Source: Kofleriaceae bacterium
Lineage (GTDB): Bacteria > Myxococcota_A > Polyangia > Haliangiales > Haliangiaceae
Assembly: GCA_965215005.1 (NCBI GenBank)
Contig: CBDCCZ010000042.1
Coordinates: forward strand, 160,001 to 224,000
Length of the DNA: 64,000 nt
Direction of reading: 5' to 3'
The notes beneath the pieces are model-generated. The model saw only the letters and a program-made list of their open reading frames with translations, did no database searches and had not been told where the DNA came from. The translations under genes and the position numbers were made by a program. Shown one piece after another: positions 21,838 through 32,816 of the stretch (positions are counted from its first letter, which is position 1; every line of letters begins with the position of its first letter).

Positions 21838-23241
21838 TCAAGAGTCACCGGCCGCGCCCGTGACCTCGAGCACGCCGGAGCACGAAACTTCGATCAGTCC
21901 GGTCGCCGAATCCCGCGCAGCGTCGAGCTGCTGGCCGTTGCACACCGCGGTGAAGCCAGGCTCCGCTCGCTGCGGAACGTAAATCACGTGCTCACCGCTG
22001 CCCGACGTCTCGAGCCGCAGCCGATCGGCGGCCGCATCGTAGTCGAGCGCGATCACCTGCCCAGCGATGCGCTCAGCGTGGGTCCGCGAGACCCAAGCGA
22101 CGACCCGCGGACGAAGCACCCACGCATCCTCGACGCGGTCAAAGAGCCCCCACTTGCCCTGGCTGTCTTCTTTCCACAACCAGAAGGCGTTGGAGGCGAG
22201 ATACTCGCTGTGGAGCTCGCTCTGCAGCGCCATCCACAAATCGGCATTGGTTGTGTCGGGACCGACGCCAAACTCGCCAATGAACAGCGGCGTTCCCCAC
22301 GCCTCGGCCTCTGCACGGGCATTCTCGACGCTGGGGCGCAGGTCTTCCTTGGAGAGATTTTCCAAGGCTCCTGCGGGCGCGGCAAAGACAAAGGTATACA
22401 CGTGCGGCGAGTACACCGCCCCTGGCACCGGAAACGGCGCGTTCGCCAGCGGCTGACTATCGGTGAAGTTGCGGTACACCGGCGGCTCAAAGAACACCAG
22501 CTTGTGCGGCGCCGCCTGCCGCACCGCCTCTGCGGCGGCGACATCAAAGACGCGCAGCTCGCTTGCGGCGGCTTGCGGCTCGTTGAAGAGCTCGAAGCCC
22601 AGCACCATTGGATGCTCCGCGTAGCGCGCCGCAACCACGGCCAGCATGGCGCGAAACTCGGCCTGAAGGCCCTTGGCGTCGCTAGGATCGAAGAAACTGC
22701 TGAACGCCGCCTGCACTTGCATCGACAACCGGCGACGCATCAACTCGGCCGCGCTGAGCGGGCCTCCGAGCAACATCTCGGGCTCTGGCTCGATAGCCCA
22801 CAGCGGCGCGCCATCCTCGCCAATGTGCTTGGAATACGCATCTTGGTGCAGGTCGACGATCACGTAGAGTCCCGCCTCGGCCGCACAGGCGATGGCCGCA
22901 TCGACCCGCTGCAGATACACCTCCGAGATAACGTCGCGCTCCGGCTCCACGCCGCTCCAGTTGATCGGCAAGCGCAGCGTATTGAAGCCAAGCGCGCGCA
23001 TCTGCCGACAATCCTCGGCAGCCAGCGGCGGCACTTCCTCGTTCGGCAGCCGATCGTCGTCGAAGCCGACGTCGAACACGCCATCGACGCGGGCGTTGAT
23101 GCCACGCAGGAGCACGACGCGACCCTGCTCGTCACGAAACTGCCCGTCGCCTGCGGTCAGCGGCGAGAACGTGGGACCACCGTCGTCGCCACAACCTGGC
23201 AGGGCGGCGCAAGCGAGTAGCACGAGAAGCGGTGCACGCAT
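21838..23241 (-). CDS. GH5 glycoside hydrolase (endoglycoceramidase-like) lipoprotein
   Basis: Lipobox LPGC; LRGIN, WSGVEP, DLHQD, NEP acid/base, GEFG nucleophile. Confidence 0.9.
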   Translation of the reverse strand: MRAPLLVLLACAALPGCGDDGGPTFSPLTAGDGQFRDEQGRVVLLRGINARVDGVFDVGFDDDRLPNEEVPPLAAEDCRQMRALGFNTLRLPINWSGVEPERDVISEVYLQRVDAAIACAAEAGLYVIVDLHQDAYSKHIGEDGAPLWAIEPEPEMLLGGPLSAAELMRRRLSMQVQAAFSSFFDPSDAKGLQAEFRAMLAVVAARYAEHPMVLGFELFNEPQAAASELRVFDVAAAEAVRQAAPHKLVFFEPPVYRNFTDSQPLANAPFPVPGAVYSPHVYTFVFAAPAGALENLSKEDLRPSVENARAEAEAWGTPLFIGEFGVGPDTTNADLWMALQSELHSEYLASNAFWLWKEDSQGKWGLFDRVEDAWVLRPRVVAWVSRTHAERIAGQVIALDYDAAADRLRLETSGSGEHVIYVPQRAEPGFTAVCNGQQLDAARDSATGLIEVSCSGVLEVTGAAGDS

Positions 23242-23339
23242 GCTCGCAGGCTATCACCGACGACCGCGGTCAGCGCCCGCTACGCGCGTGCGCCGTGGTG
23301 CCTCGACGGAAGCGCGGCAACCGCTGATAATGCCGAGCC

Positions 23340-23861
23340 ATGGGAACGAATCGTCCCGAAACGCCGCATCACATGCTCCTTCGCTGCCACGATCGCATGG
23401 AGGAGGAGTTGAGCCTGCTCGCCGAGTGCATCGATCGCCTCGGCGGCGGCAACCGAGATACCGAGGCCATCGAGCGCCTCGGCGACATCGCAGCGTTCTT
23501 CAATCGCACCAACCCGCGACACATTGCCGACGAAGAGGAGAGCCTGTTTCCACGGCTACGCGCTCACGACGAGCCAGCGCTGCATCAGGTCCTCGACGCT
23601 CTCACTGCCGAGCATCGCGAGCAGCGCGCCTTGGAAACCGAGCTCGCCGACATTGCCGCGCGCCTCGCCAAAGGCGCCGATACAGCGGCGCTGGGGCCGC
23701 ACCTCGCGCAAATCGCGACCGCCCTCATCGCGGCCTACAGCGACCACATTCGCATCGAAAATGAGGTTCTGATCGCCGCCATCGACACCCATCTCTCGCC
23801 AAAGGTGCAGGCCGAGGCGTTTGCCGAGATGCGCGCGCGCCGCGGTCACGACCGGCGCTGA
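23340..23861 (+). CDS. Hemerythrin HHE domain protein
   Basis: HDRME, HIADEEESLFP, EH, HIRIEN. Confidence 0.88.
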   Translation: MGTNRPETPHHMLLRCHDRMEEELSLLAECIDRLGGGNRDTEAIERLGDIAAFFNRTNPRHIADEEESLFPRLRAHDEPALHQVLDALTAEHREQRALETELADIAARLAKGADTAALGPHLAQIATALIAAYSDHIRIENEVLIAAIDTHLSPKVQAEAFAEMRARRGHDRR

Positions 23862-23901
23862 GCGCCGTCGCCGGCTGCGACGTTGCGACCACCAAGGGCG
23901 A

Positions 23902-24822
23902 TCATTTCTTGCGCGACTTGCGAGCGGGGCTCGCCGCAGGTTTCGTGGGTGACGGCGCCGGAGCGGCGGGCAACGGCGCGCCGCGCAGCTCGGGAGTCGC
24001 AGCGGTGCGCCGGTAGATCATGACCATCGTCAGCAATCCACAGATGAGCACGACGACGCTCATCCATTGGGCAAACGTGAAGCCCAGATAGCGCGGATCG
24101 CTTTCCGTAAAGCGCAAGTATTCAAAGAAGAATCGTGCCGGTGGATAGGCAATTGCCAAATAGGCAATGACGAAACCATGCGGCCGTCTGCCAGTGCGCT
24201 TGAGCAGCCACATTCCAGCCAATACGACGAGTAAGTAGAGAAACTCGTACAACCCCAGATCGTGATGCGGCCCCGGCTGTACGCCGTGCTTCGAGGCCTG
24301 CTCGAGGTTCAGATGAATGGCCAGCGGAAAATCTGCCGGTGCCATCTTACCGAGATGATCATGGACGATGGTGCAGCCAATGCGGCCGATGGTGAAACCG
24401 GGCGCCAATCCCCAAAGGATGGCGTCGCCGTAGGGCAGAAACGCCAGGTTGTGCTTGCGAACGTAGAATACGAAGGAGACAAACCCACCGATGAAGCCGC
24501 CATAGGAGGAGATGCCGGCCCATATTTTAATGAGCAACAGCGGGTCCTCTGCGAGCCGATCCGGCGTGTAGACGAGGACGTCAAAGAGGTGCGCGCCGAT
24601 GAACCCGCCGACCACGATGGTGAAGATGAGCTTCCGCAAATGCTCATCGTCGAGATTGACCCGCTCGCCGTAGCGACGACCGAGGGACGCGCCGACGAGA
24701 ACGCCCGTAGCGACCAAGATCCCAAACGGCTGTATGGTGAGGGGCCCGAGCCCGAGATCGATCGGCGGCAGCGTGAAGTACGGAATGGTCGCGAGCGTGG
24801 CGAGAAGAGCGACGTGCATCAT
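23902..24822 (-). CDS. lgt: Prolipoprotein diacylglyceryl transferase
   Basis: GISSYGGFIGG, GRIGC, LYE, RFFFEYLR. Confidence 0.88.
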   Translation of the reverse strand: MMHVALLATLATIPYFTLPPIDLGLGPLTIQPFGILVATGVLVGASLGRRYGERVNLDDEHLRKLIFTIVVGGFIGAHLFDVLVYTPDRLAEDPLLLIKIWAGISSYGGFIGGFVSFVFYVRKHNLAFLPYGDAILWGLAPGFTIGRIGCTIVHDHLGKMAPADFPLAIHLNLEQASKHGVQPGPHHDLGLYEFLYLLVVLAGMWLLKRTGRRPHGFVIAYLAIAYPPARFFFEYLRFTESDPRYLGFTFAQWMSVVVLICGLLTMVMIYRRTAATPELRGAPLPAAPAPSPTKPAASPARKSRKK

Positions 24823-24934
24823 GGGAGCGAGTTCCTTGGGCCCGCCTCTCAGCTGGGCAGACGGCGCCGCGGCACTTGGCGCAGACCCGCTGGGGCGTTG
24901 GCGGCCCAGCCTACAACACAAACGCGGCGCGCGC

Positions 24935-25537
24935 TCATAGCTGCTGATCGAGACGCGAGAGCACGACATCGAGCTCGTCAGCCACGTCCATCGGCACGAT
25001 GAGGCTGCCCTCGGCGCCCGCGGCAATCGCCGCCGCGGCGTACCGCGCCACCGCCGCCCGCGGCACCACGACCGCCACGACCGGAACCTGAGCGCGCACC
25101 AGTGCCGGCAGCAGCGCTCGCGGCTCGGGCGCTGGCACCACCTGATAGCCGGCGTCGCGGAGCAGCGGCCGATGCTGCTCCTCGGCGACCAATACGCTGT
25201 GATCGGCGCGCCGGCCGAGCCGCTGCAGGTACTGCTCGAGGGCCTGCGCAAACCCTTTCGGTGCCTCGGTGATCTCGATACCGGCACCCGCAGAACGCTG
25301 ACAACGCGCCGCCAGCGCAGCATCGAGCACGTGGGCAACCTCACCCTGCACCAAGAAGCTGCCAAGGCCCGGCAGCGTGAGCTCCACCGACACCGCCTGG
25401 CGCCGCTCGAGAGCTTCTTGGGTCGCGATGAACAACCCGCCGCTCGAGAGGTTCTCCGCGTACTCGATGACAAAATCACGCGCCACCGAGAACCGCACCG
25501 CCAAACGCACTCGAAACCGCTCCGACTGACGCTCCAC
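24935..25537 (-). CDS. PilZ domain protein (myxobacterial type)
   Basis: RQSER (RxxxR), NLSSGGLFI, GAGIE. Confidence 0.85.
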   Translation of the reverse strand: MERQSERFRVRLAVRFSVARDFVIEYAENLSSGGLFIATQEALERRQAVSVELTLPGLGSFLVQGEVAHVLDAALAARCQRSAGAGIEITEAPKGFAQALEQYLQRLGRRADHSVLVAEEQHRPLLRDAGYQVVPAPEPRALLPALVRAQVPVVAVVVPRAAVARYAAAAIAAGAEGSLIVPMDVADELDVVLSRLDQQL

Positions 25538-25669
25538 CGTGCAGCCATTCTACGGCCTGCGGCGGCACGCAGCGGCACAAATTGCTCGCGCCGCGTCGCC
25601 TTCCGCGTCGCCTTCCGCGACGAGCTGCGCGCCCGGCTGCAACGCCGGCGTGTGCTATCGTCGCCCGTC

Positions 25670-26296
25670 GTGGATACGCAGGTGTTACTCGTCCGGCACG
25701 GTGTCACCGACTGGCACCGCGAGGGTAAGCTCCTGGGCCACCGGGACATCGCGCTGAGCGACGAGGGGCTTGCGCAAGCGCGCTCGGCAGCCGAGGCGCT
25801 CGCCGGCTTGCGGATCGCCGAGGTGATCTCGAGTCCGCTGCTCCGCGCCCTGCAGACCGCCGAGCTCATCGGCGCGCGGTTTGGAATCGAGATCGCGCGC
25901 GACCCGCGGCTGATCGACTTCCGCGTCGGCCAGTGGGAAGGCATGCGCTACGCCGACATCGCCGCCTCGAGCGAGTACAACCGCTTCATCACAGATCCGC
26001 TATCCGAGAGCATCCCCGGCGGCGAAAACCTCGCCGCGGTACGACAGCGGGCGGTGGCTGCCATCGATCAAGCGCTGGAAGACAATCCCACTGGCGATGC
26101 CATCGCCGTCATCACCCACGCCGGCATCATTCGGGTGCTGCTCACCCACTACCTCGGCTCACCCGCCGCCAACTACCACAAGCTTCGCGTGGTGCCAGGC
26201 TCGGTGTCGGTGCTGTCCTTCGATGGCGACGACCAGACCCCGCGGGTGTTGGCCATCAACTGGTGCGCGGGCCTCGAGCCGGTGGTCGCGCCGTGA
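25670..26296 (+). CDS. Histidine phosphatase (phosphoglycerate mutase family)
   Basis: LVRHG, SSPLLRALQTA, GQWEG, THAG. Confidence 0.92.
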   Translation: MDTQVLLVRHGVTDWHREGKLLGHRDIALSDEGLAQARSAAEALAGLRIAEVISSPLLRALQTAELIGARFGIEIARDPRLIDFRVGQWEGMRYADIAASSEYNRFITDPLSESIPGGENLAAVRQRAVAAIDQALEDNPTGDAIAVITHAGIIRVLLTHYLGSPAANYHKLRVVPGSVSVLSFDGDDQTPRVLAINWCAGLEPVVAP

Positions 26297-26400
26297 GCTG
26301 GGAGCCCTTGGCGTTGGCCGTCCTGCTCGGACTGCTGGTGTCATCCGCGATCTACTTCGTCTTCTCGTGGCCGGCTCGCGAGCCTGGTCCCGACGAATGA
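26293..26400 (+). CDS. Small single-TM protein (35 aa)
   Basis: GTGA overlap with upstream stop; SWEPLALAVLLGLLVSSAIYFVFSW hydrophobic helix; fills the gap to the next gene. Confidence 0.55.
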   Translation: MSWEPLALAVLLGLLVSSAIYFVFSWPAREPGPDE

Positions 26401-26415
26401 TCTACTCTTGAGCCA

Positions 26416-27792
26416 ATGCCGCGGACGCATGGCTGGGCGTTGCTGGCGCTCGTGGTCCTGGGCTCGCACGCCGCCGCCGAGCCGCGTCGGCGCCCGCAGC
26501 AGACTAGAATCGCTCACCGCGCCGCCAGCGCGCAGCCAATGCTCGGCCCGGCGCTCGCGCCGGTCACCCTCGAGTACTTCCTCGATCCGGGCGAGCACGG
26601 GGGCGAGCGGCTCTATCACGACCTCGAGCGACTGGCTGCGCGTCACCCGAGCCGGCTGCGCATCATTTACCGACTGGAGAGCCACGCCGCCAGCCGAGCC
26701 GCGCTCGCCGAAGCCGCGGTCGAGGCCGCGGCGCAAGGACACTTCGCGGCGTTTCTCGAAGCTGCTTGGCAGCGCCCGGTGCACACCGATGAAGCGATCG
26801 CCGCCGTCGCCGCCAAGGTTGGTATCGATGAGCGCGAGCTTCGCCGCGCCTGGAAAACCCGCCGCCACGCAGCGACGCTCGAGGACAATGCCCGCTGGCG
26901 GCGGCGGCGTCGCGTGCAACAGCGCCCGGGGCTGCTCTTCAACGGGGTCGAGCCGTTGGTGCGACCGCGAGCGATGAATCTCGAGCAGCTCGAGGCGGCG
27001 TACGACGAGGCGTATGGGCGTGCCGCAGCAGCCCTCGCGGAGGGCATCCCGCTGGCGCAGCTCTACCCGGTGCTGCTCGCGCGGGTCGACGACGCCTACG
27101 ATCCCGGGCCGCTGCCGATCGGCCTGATCGAAGGCAGTAGCAATCGCAACGGTCATCTTCCCGCGCCGTTGGCCCCGCTCATGAGGGAGCTGCCGGCGCC
27201 TGGGCCAGAGCCCCATCGCGGCGCCGACGACGCGCGGGTTCGCATCCAGTTTTTCTGCAACCTGGTCTCGACCTATTGCGCTCGTCAGAGCGCCAGCCTC
27301 ACCCAGCTCGTCGACGTGTTCGCCGGCGAGGTGCAGGTCGTGTTCCTTCCCATCGCCACCGGCGAGCCTGACACTGACGCGCTCGGGCGCCAGCTGGCCG
27401 AGGCGCTGTGGTGCGCCGGCGAACGCGGTCATTATTGGGAATTCTACGATCGCGCGTTCGAGCTGCGCCGCGCTCACCAGCGGCGGCGGATGAGCGCCCG
27501 CGAGCGCGTCGAGGACATCAGCGCCGGCCTGGGCCTCGAGGGCGACGTGCTCTGGAGCTGCGTTGCCGCCGGCACCTACACCCGCACCGTGCAGCGCACG
27601 ATGCGAGCCGCTGCACGCGCGGGGATCGATGCGGCGCCGAGCGTGCTGCTCGCCTCACGCCTGCACGTCGGCACCAAACCGCTGGAGGGGCTCATCGCCT
27701 TGGTGCTGCGCGAGCTCGAGCCCGGGCTTCTCGAGCAGTGGCTGCCGAGTTGGCTGCCGGAGTCGCTTCGCGGAGCACGGCCGACGCAGTGA
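26416..27792 (+). CDS. Secreted tandem DsbA/thioredoxin-fold protein without canonical CxxC
   Basis: Two units (PMLGPALAPVTL and PHRGADDARVRI) with P..LFNG and LWCAGERGHYWEFYD motifs. Confidence 0.75.
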   Translation: MPRTHGWALLALVVLGSHAAAEPRRRPQQTRIAHRAASAQPMLGPALAPVTLEYFLDPGEHGGERLYHDLERLAARHPSRLRIIYRLESHAASRAALAEAAVEAAAQGHFAAFLEAAWQRPVHTDEAIAAVAAKVGIDERELRRAWKTRRHAATLEDNARWRRRRRVQQRPGLLFNGVEPLVRPRAMNLEQLEAAYDEAYGRAAAALAEGIPLAQLYPVLLARVDDAYDPGPLPIGLIEGSSNRNGHLPAPLAPLMRELPAPGPEPHRGADDARVRIQFFCNLVSTYCARQSASLTQLVDVFAGEVQVVFLPIATGEPDTDALGRQLAEALWCAGERGHYWEFYDRAFELRRAHQRRRMSARERVEDISAGLGLEGDVLWSCVAAGTYTRTVQRTMRAAARAGIDAAPSVLLASRLHVGTKPLEGLIALVLRELEPGLLEQWLPSWLPESLRGARPTQ

Positions 27793-27925
27793 GTCGCGAG
27801 GAGGTCGCAGCGCGGCCGAGAGCGCGCGTACCGACTCGTGCGGCGGCGTACGAGGTGCCGCACATGGGCGAAACTACTGAGCAATCGTTGACCGGGCAGA
27901 GGCCGCCGTGGTACCTGGGAAGACC

Positions 27926-29221
<1,296 letters not shown>

Positions 29222-29345
29222 CAGCCCAGCGGCGCGGCCAGAGCGGACGAACGCTCGCCCGGAAGCCGCCGGCGGCGCGGGCGAGCCCGATTCTGTAAGG
29301 ATATGCCACTTGGTTCCTTCCCCCAATGGCGTCCAAGTGCCAATA

Positions 29346-30182
29346 ATGCCGCGCATGAGGTGGCAACGAAGTTGGCTCGTCACCGCGGCGCTCGTTCTAA
29401 CGGGATGCGCGCAGGCCTCGTCGGACGAGAACGGCAACGTCACGGCCGACAGCGGGATCACGTTGCCCGCGGACGCCGGTTTGATGGACGCGGAGCTACC
29501 TTCGTTCGGCGATGCCCAGCGACTGCCCGACGATGATGGTGGCCTGGTCGAGGTGCCGGACGCGGCGGCTCCCGCGCCGGACGCGATGGTGCCACGTCCC
29601 GATGCCTCGCCAACCCCGCAGCCGACCGCGATCACGCTGTCGCACTCGAGCTCGCCTACGGTCACCCAGGGCAACTCAGTGGCATGCCAGTATGAGGGCT
29701 CCGGCGCGACGAGCGAGAACAGCTACTATCGCGTCTTTGCCCTCGGCGAGTTCGGGATCGCAAGTCAACTCGAGATCGCCTCGATCACCATCGGCGTGCA
29801 GCTCGCCGATGCGGGCAGCGGCACCACGCAACCGGCGACGTTGCGGATCTACACGCTCAACGGCCCCTTCACGCTCGCAAACCTCCAGGAGATTGCCAGC
29901 ACCAGCGTCTCGATCAGCGATCAGAGCCTGTCGCTGCTGGACATTCCCATTGGCGCGACGGCGCCCATGGGTTCGACAATCGTGGTGGAGCTGGCGGTGC
30001 CCGACGGCCAGAGCGCGGGCCACAAATTCTACTTCGGCAGCAACGGGGCCGGCCAGAGCGCCCCGAGCTATCTGCGCGCGCCCGGCTGCTCGACGCCGCA
30101 GCCCACCGACATTGCGACGCTACCCGGCATCACCACGCCGGTGCACCTGGTCATGCAGGTAAGCGGCACGCACTATCGCTAG
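29346..30182 (+). CDS. Hypothetical lipoprotein with DA-rich linker and beta-rich domain
   Basis: Lipobox LTGC; PDA repeats; ENSYYRVF domain. Confidence 0.75.
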   Translation: MPRMRWQRSWLVTAALVLTGCAQASSDENGNVTADSGITLPADAGLMDAELPSFGDAQRLPDDDGGLVEVPDAAAPAPDAMVPRPDASPTPQPTAITLSHSSSPTVTQGNSVACQYEGSGATSENSYYRVFALGEFGIASQLEIASITIGVQLADAGSGTTQPATLRIYTLNGPFTLANLQEIASTSVSISDQSLSLLDIPIGATAPMGSTIVVELAVPDGQSAGHKFYFGSNGAGQSAPSYLRAPGCSTPQPTDIATLPGITTPVHLVMQVSGTHYR

Positions 30183-30235
30183 GCAGCCACGCTCTCGCCA
30201 ACCGCTGCGTTTTCCGTCGCCGTCGACTCGGCGCA

Positions 30236-30811
30236 TCACGGCGAGCGGTTCGCCGCGGTCTCGGTCGGCTCCGTCGAGCACGCGCGTCGAGCCCACGGGT
30301 CGACGATGTCCGAGACCAGCTCCTCGTCGAGTGCGTCGCCAGTGATCACACTCAAGCTGCCGTCGCGTTCCAGCACCATCAGTCGAACCTCCGCGAGCCG
30401 ACTCACGCCGGCGCGGCGCAGCCGCTGATAGATGTCGCGACGCGAGAGGTGGGCGCGGCGCAGCCCGTCATCGAGGATCGTGCCGGCCACCATCACCACC
30501 ACCGCACGCGGATCGATGCCCCCGCCGAAGGTTGCGTGATCGCGCACGTAGCCAACCAACGCCTGCAGCGAAAACAACGTCACCAGCGCCACCAAGCCGC
30601 CGCCGAGGCTGGTCTTGGCGACTGCGGTACGGCCGATAATAGCGCCTATCGCGATGGTGACCGGAAAGTCGTAGGACGCGATCGATGTCAGACAACGCTG
30701 CCCATAAAGACGCACGAGCAAGATGACGAGCAGGTAGATTCCCGCACCGCCGGCGATCCCGACGAAGACCTCGTGCCAGCCGATCCAGATATCACGAACG
30801 AACGCTTGCAT
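30236..30811 (-). CDS. DUF421/YetF family membrane protein
   Basis: GQR, DF...IAIG, LRRAGV, LERDGSLSV. Confidence 0.88.
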   Translation of the reverse strand: MQAFVRDIWIGWHEVFVGIAGGAGIYLLVILLVRLYGQRCLTSIASYDFPVTIAIGAIIGRTAVAKTSLGGGLVALVTLFSLQALVGYVRDHATFGGGIDPRAVVVMVAGTILDDGLRRAHLSRRDIYQRLRRAGVSRLAEVRLMVLERDGSLSVITGDALDEELVSDIVDPWARRACSTEPTETAANRSP

Positions 30812-31035
30812 GCTCTTCCCTCTATACGACGAGGGCGCAGGAGCCTCGATGCGGCTCTCGCCCGTCCTTGGACGTACGCCACAACGGCCGCATCGGCCGC
30901 GATTACTGGCGAGCAGCTTGTCTTGACTTCTTCGGGCGTCGCAATAGAGTTGGCACCCTCGCAGTGAGGTCGCTTACTAACAGCAATTCCTTGGCAATCG
31001 CGCCGCGGCGCGGCGACCAAGTAGGGCAGTAGCCA

Positions 31036-32778
31036 ATGGTGCTCGCGCTTCTCGCCGCGCTGGCCTCGGTCGCGGCAGGCGCGGCTCTTGGCAGCTTTCG
31101 TGACGTCTCCGGGCCTCGCCTCGCCGCCCTCTTCTATCCCATCCAGACCTTTGCGCTAGCGGCGGTGCTCACCAGCGTCTTTGCGCACCTCTTGCCGGAG
31201 GCGATTTCTGGAGTGGGCCCGTGGGCGCTGGTCGTGTTCGCCGCCGGCATCGCTCTGCCGCCGCTGGCGATGCGCCTGGGCGGCGATGAACATCACTCCG
31301 CGCGCGGCCATGCGATGGCCTTCGAGCTCGGCTTCGTCGGCTTGATGATCCACAAAGTCGCCGACGGCGTGGCGCTGGCGGTCTTCACCAGTGGCGAGCA
31401 CAGCGCCCACAATCATCTCGACATCATCATCGGCATTGCCGCGCACACCATCCCGGTCACTGCCATCATCGTCATCGCGTTTGCTAAGGAGCACGGCCGG
31501 CGGCCGGCGCTGCTGCGCGCCGCGCTGCTGGCGGTAGCCGTCGCCGCGGGCATGGGCGCCACCGTTGCCGGGGGCGAGATGGTCCTCGAAGCCGCCGCCC
31601 CGTGGGCGACCGCGGCGCTGGCGGGGCTGCTCCTGCACATTCTCGCCCACGATCTACCGGTCACCAGTGAGCGCACCGCGGGCGTGCGAGTGGGCGAAGC
31701 GCTGGGATTGATTCTCGGGGTCGCGGTGCCGCTGGTGCTGAGCGGTCATGGCCACGAGCATGGCCACACCCATAGCGCCATTCTCTCGGCACCGATTGCC
31801 ATTGCCGAGCTCGCATTGCAGCTCTCGCCTGCCCTGCTCCTGGGCTTGCTCGGCACTGCCTTGCTCAGTGCCTTCCGCCGCGCCAGCGATACGCGGCGCT
31901 GGCAGTCGCTGGCAGCGCCGGAGCTGTGCTTGGCAACCGTGCTCACGACGGCTGTGTTGCTGGGCGGCGTCGCGGCGGCCGCGCGGCTGGTGACGGCGCT
32001 GGTGCTCGCCAGGCTGCTCAGGCTCTTCCTCGCCTCTACCGCCGTGGGCGCGCCACGCGAAGCGGCGGCACCGCCGGAGCGGAGCTTCGTTGCCGTGATC
32101 GATGCCTACGTGGTGCGAACCGGTCCGTGGCTCATTGTTGGACTGGTGGCCGGCAGCTACGCGCAGCTGTTGCTTGCGCCCGGCGCACTGCAGCTCGCCA
32201 GCTGGCTCGAGGTCCCGCTGGGGACCGCTGCCGCGATCGCGCTCGCCCGCCCGCAGGATCATCGGGCGGTGAGCGCCCAACATGCGCGACATGGCCACGC
32301 AACCGCTGAGCCCGCTGTTGCCGCGGCTCCCGCGCTTCCAGCGGCTCACGACCGAGGCCCCGAGCCACTGCCGGGCGCTGCTGTTTCAGCGGCTGACGAC
32401 GCGCGCCGCGGGTCCAGCTTGGCGTGCAGCGGCGGCTTGGTCTTGCTGGCCGCCGCGCTCATCGCCAAAGGCACCAGCTTGGGTGCTGCCATTGCCGGGT
32501 TGGTGGTGGTCTCGATGATTCCGCACGCACTCGTCGGCAGCTCGGACCGAGCGAGCAACGCGACGCGCACTTGGGGCGCCGCGCTGGCGCTCTTCACGAC
32601 CGCAACGCTGCTCGGCTGGCTCATCAACGCGCTGGCACTGCCGACCGCGCCACCGGCATGGACGCACGGGGAGCTGTATCGCAGCCTGGGTTGGCTGAGC
32701 CTTTCGGCGCTCGCGGCGCTCGTGGTTCGCAGCGTCTGGCGCTTTGGCGCCCAGGCCTGGCTGAGCAGCGAGCGCTGA
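31036..32778 (+). CDS. Putative metal permease (ZIP-like N-half plus DUF318-like C-half)
   Basis: HLLPEA, HKVADG, HTIP, LLHILAH; His-rich linker GHGHEHGHTH; LAAALIAKGTSLGAA. Confidence 0.7.
   Translation: MVLALLAALASVAAGAALGSFRDVSGPRLAALFYPIQTFALAAVLTSVFAHLLPEAISGVGPWALVVFAAGIALPPLAMRLGGDEHHSARGHAMAFELGFVGLMIHKVADGVALAVFTSGEHSAHNHLDIIIGIAAHTIPVTAIIVIAFAKEHGRRPALLRAALLAVAVAAGMGATVAGGEMVLEAAAPWATAALAGLLLHILAHDLPVTSERTAGVRVGEALGLILGVAVPLVLSGHGHEHGHTHSAILSAPIAIAELALQLSPALLLGLLGTALLSAFRRASDTRRWQSLAAPELCLATVLTTAVLLGGVAAAARLVTALVLARLLRLFLASTAVGAPREAAAPPERSFVAVIDAYVVRTGPWLIVGLVAGSYAQLLLAPGALQLASWLEVPLGTAAAIALARPQDHRAVSAQHARHGHATAEPAVAAAPALPAAHDRGPEPLPGAAVSAADDARRGSSLACSGGLVLLAAALIAKGTSLGAAIAGLVVVSMIPHALVGSSDRASNATRTWGAALALFTTATLLGWLINALALPTAPPAWTHGELYRSLGWLSLSALAALVVRSVWRFGAQAWLSSER
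32340..32416 (+). repeat. Two degenerate copies of the repeat hairpin module, in frame within the permease
   Basis: AGCGGCTCACGACCGAGGCCCCGAGCCACTG matches the 13594 hairpin at 23/31 positions; second copy starts 48 bp later at 32388. Confidence 0.6.
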
Positions 32779-32816
32779 CACGAGTTGGCGCGGTTGGCGG
32801 GTGCTACGATCGCCCG

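Noticed and set aside
21832..23220. Long antisense ORFs (also 34733-36037, 37 kb, 40669-41886 and others)
   Set aside because: They are shadow frames of well-supported genes, expected in high-GC DNA.
25593..25620. 12-bp tandem duplication CGCGTCGCCTTC
   Set aside because: Only two GC-rich units; likely slippage with no further support.
30950..30976. CIRCE-like TTGGCACCC-N9-GGTCGCTTA
   Set aside because: The right arm matches only 5/9 of the consensus and the downstream gene is not a chaperone.
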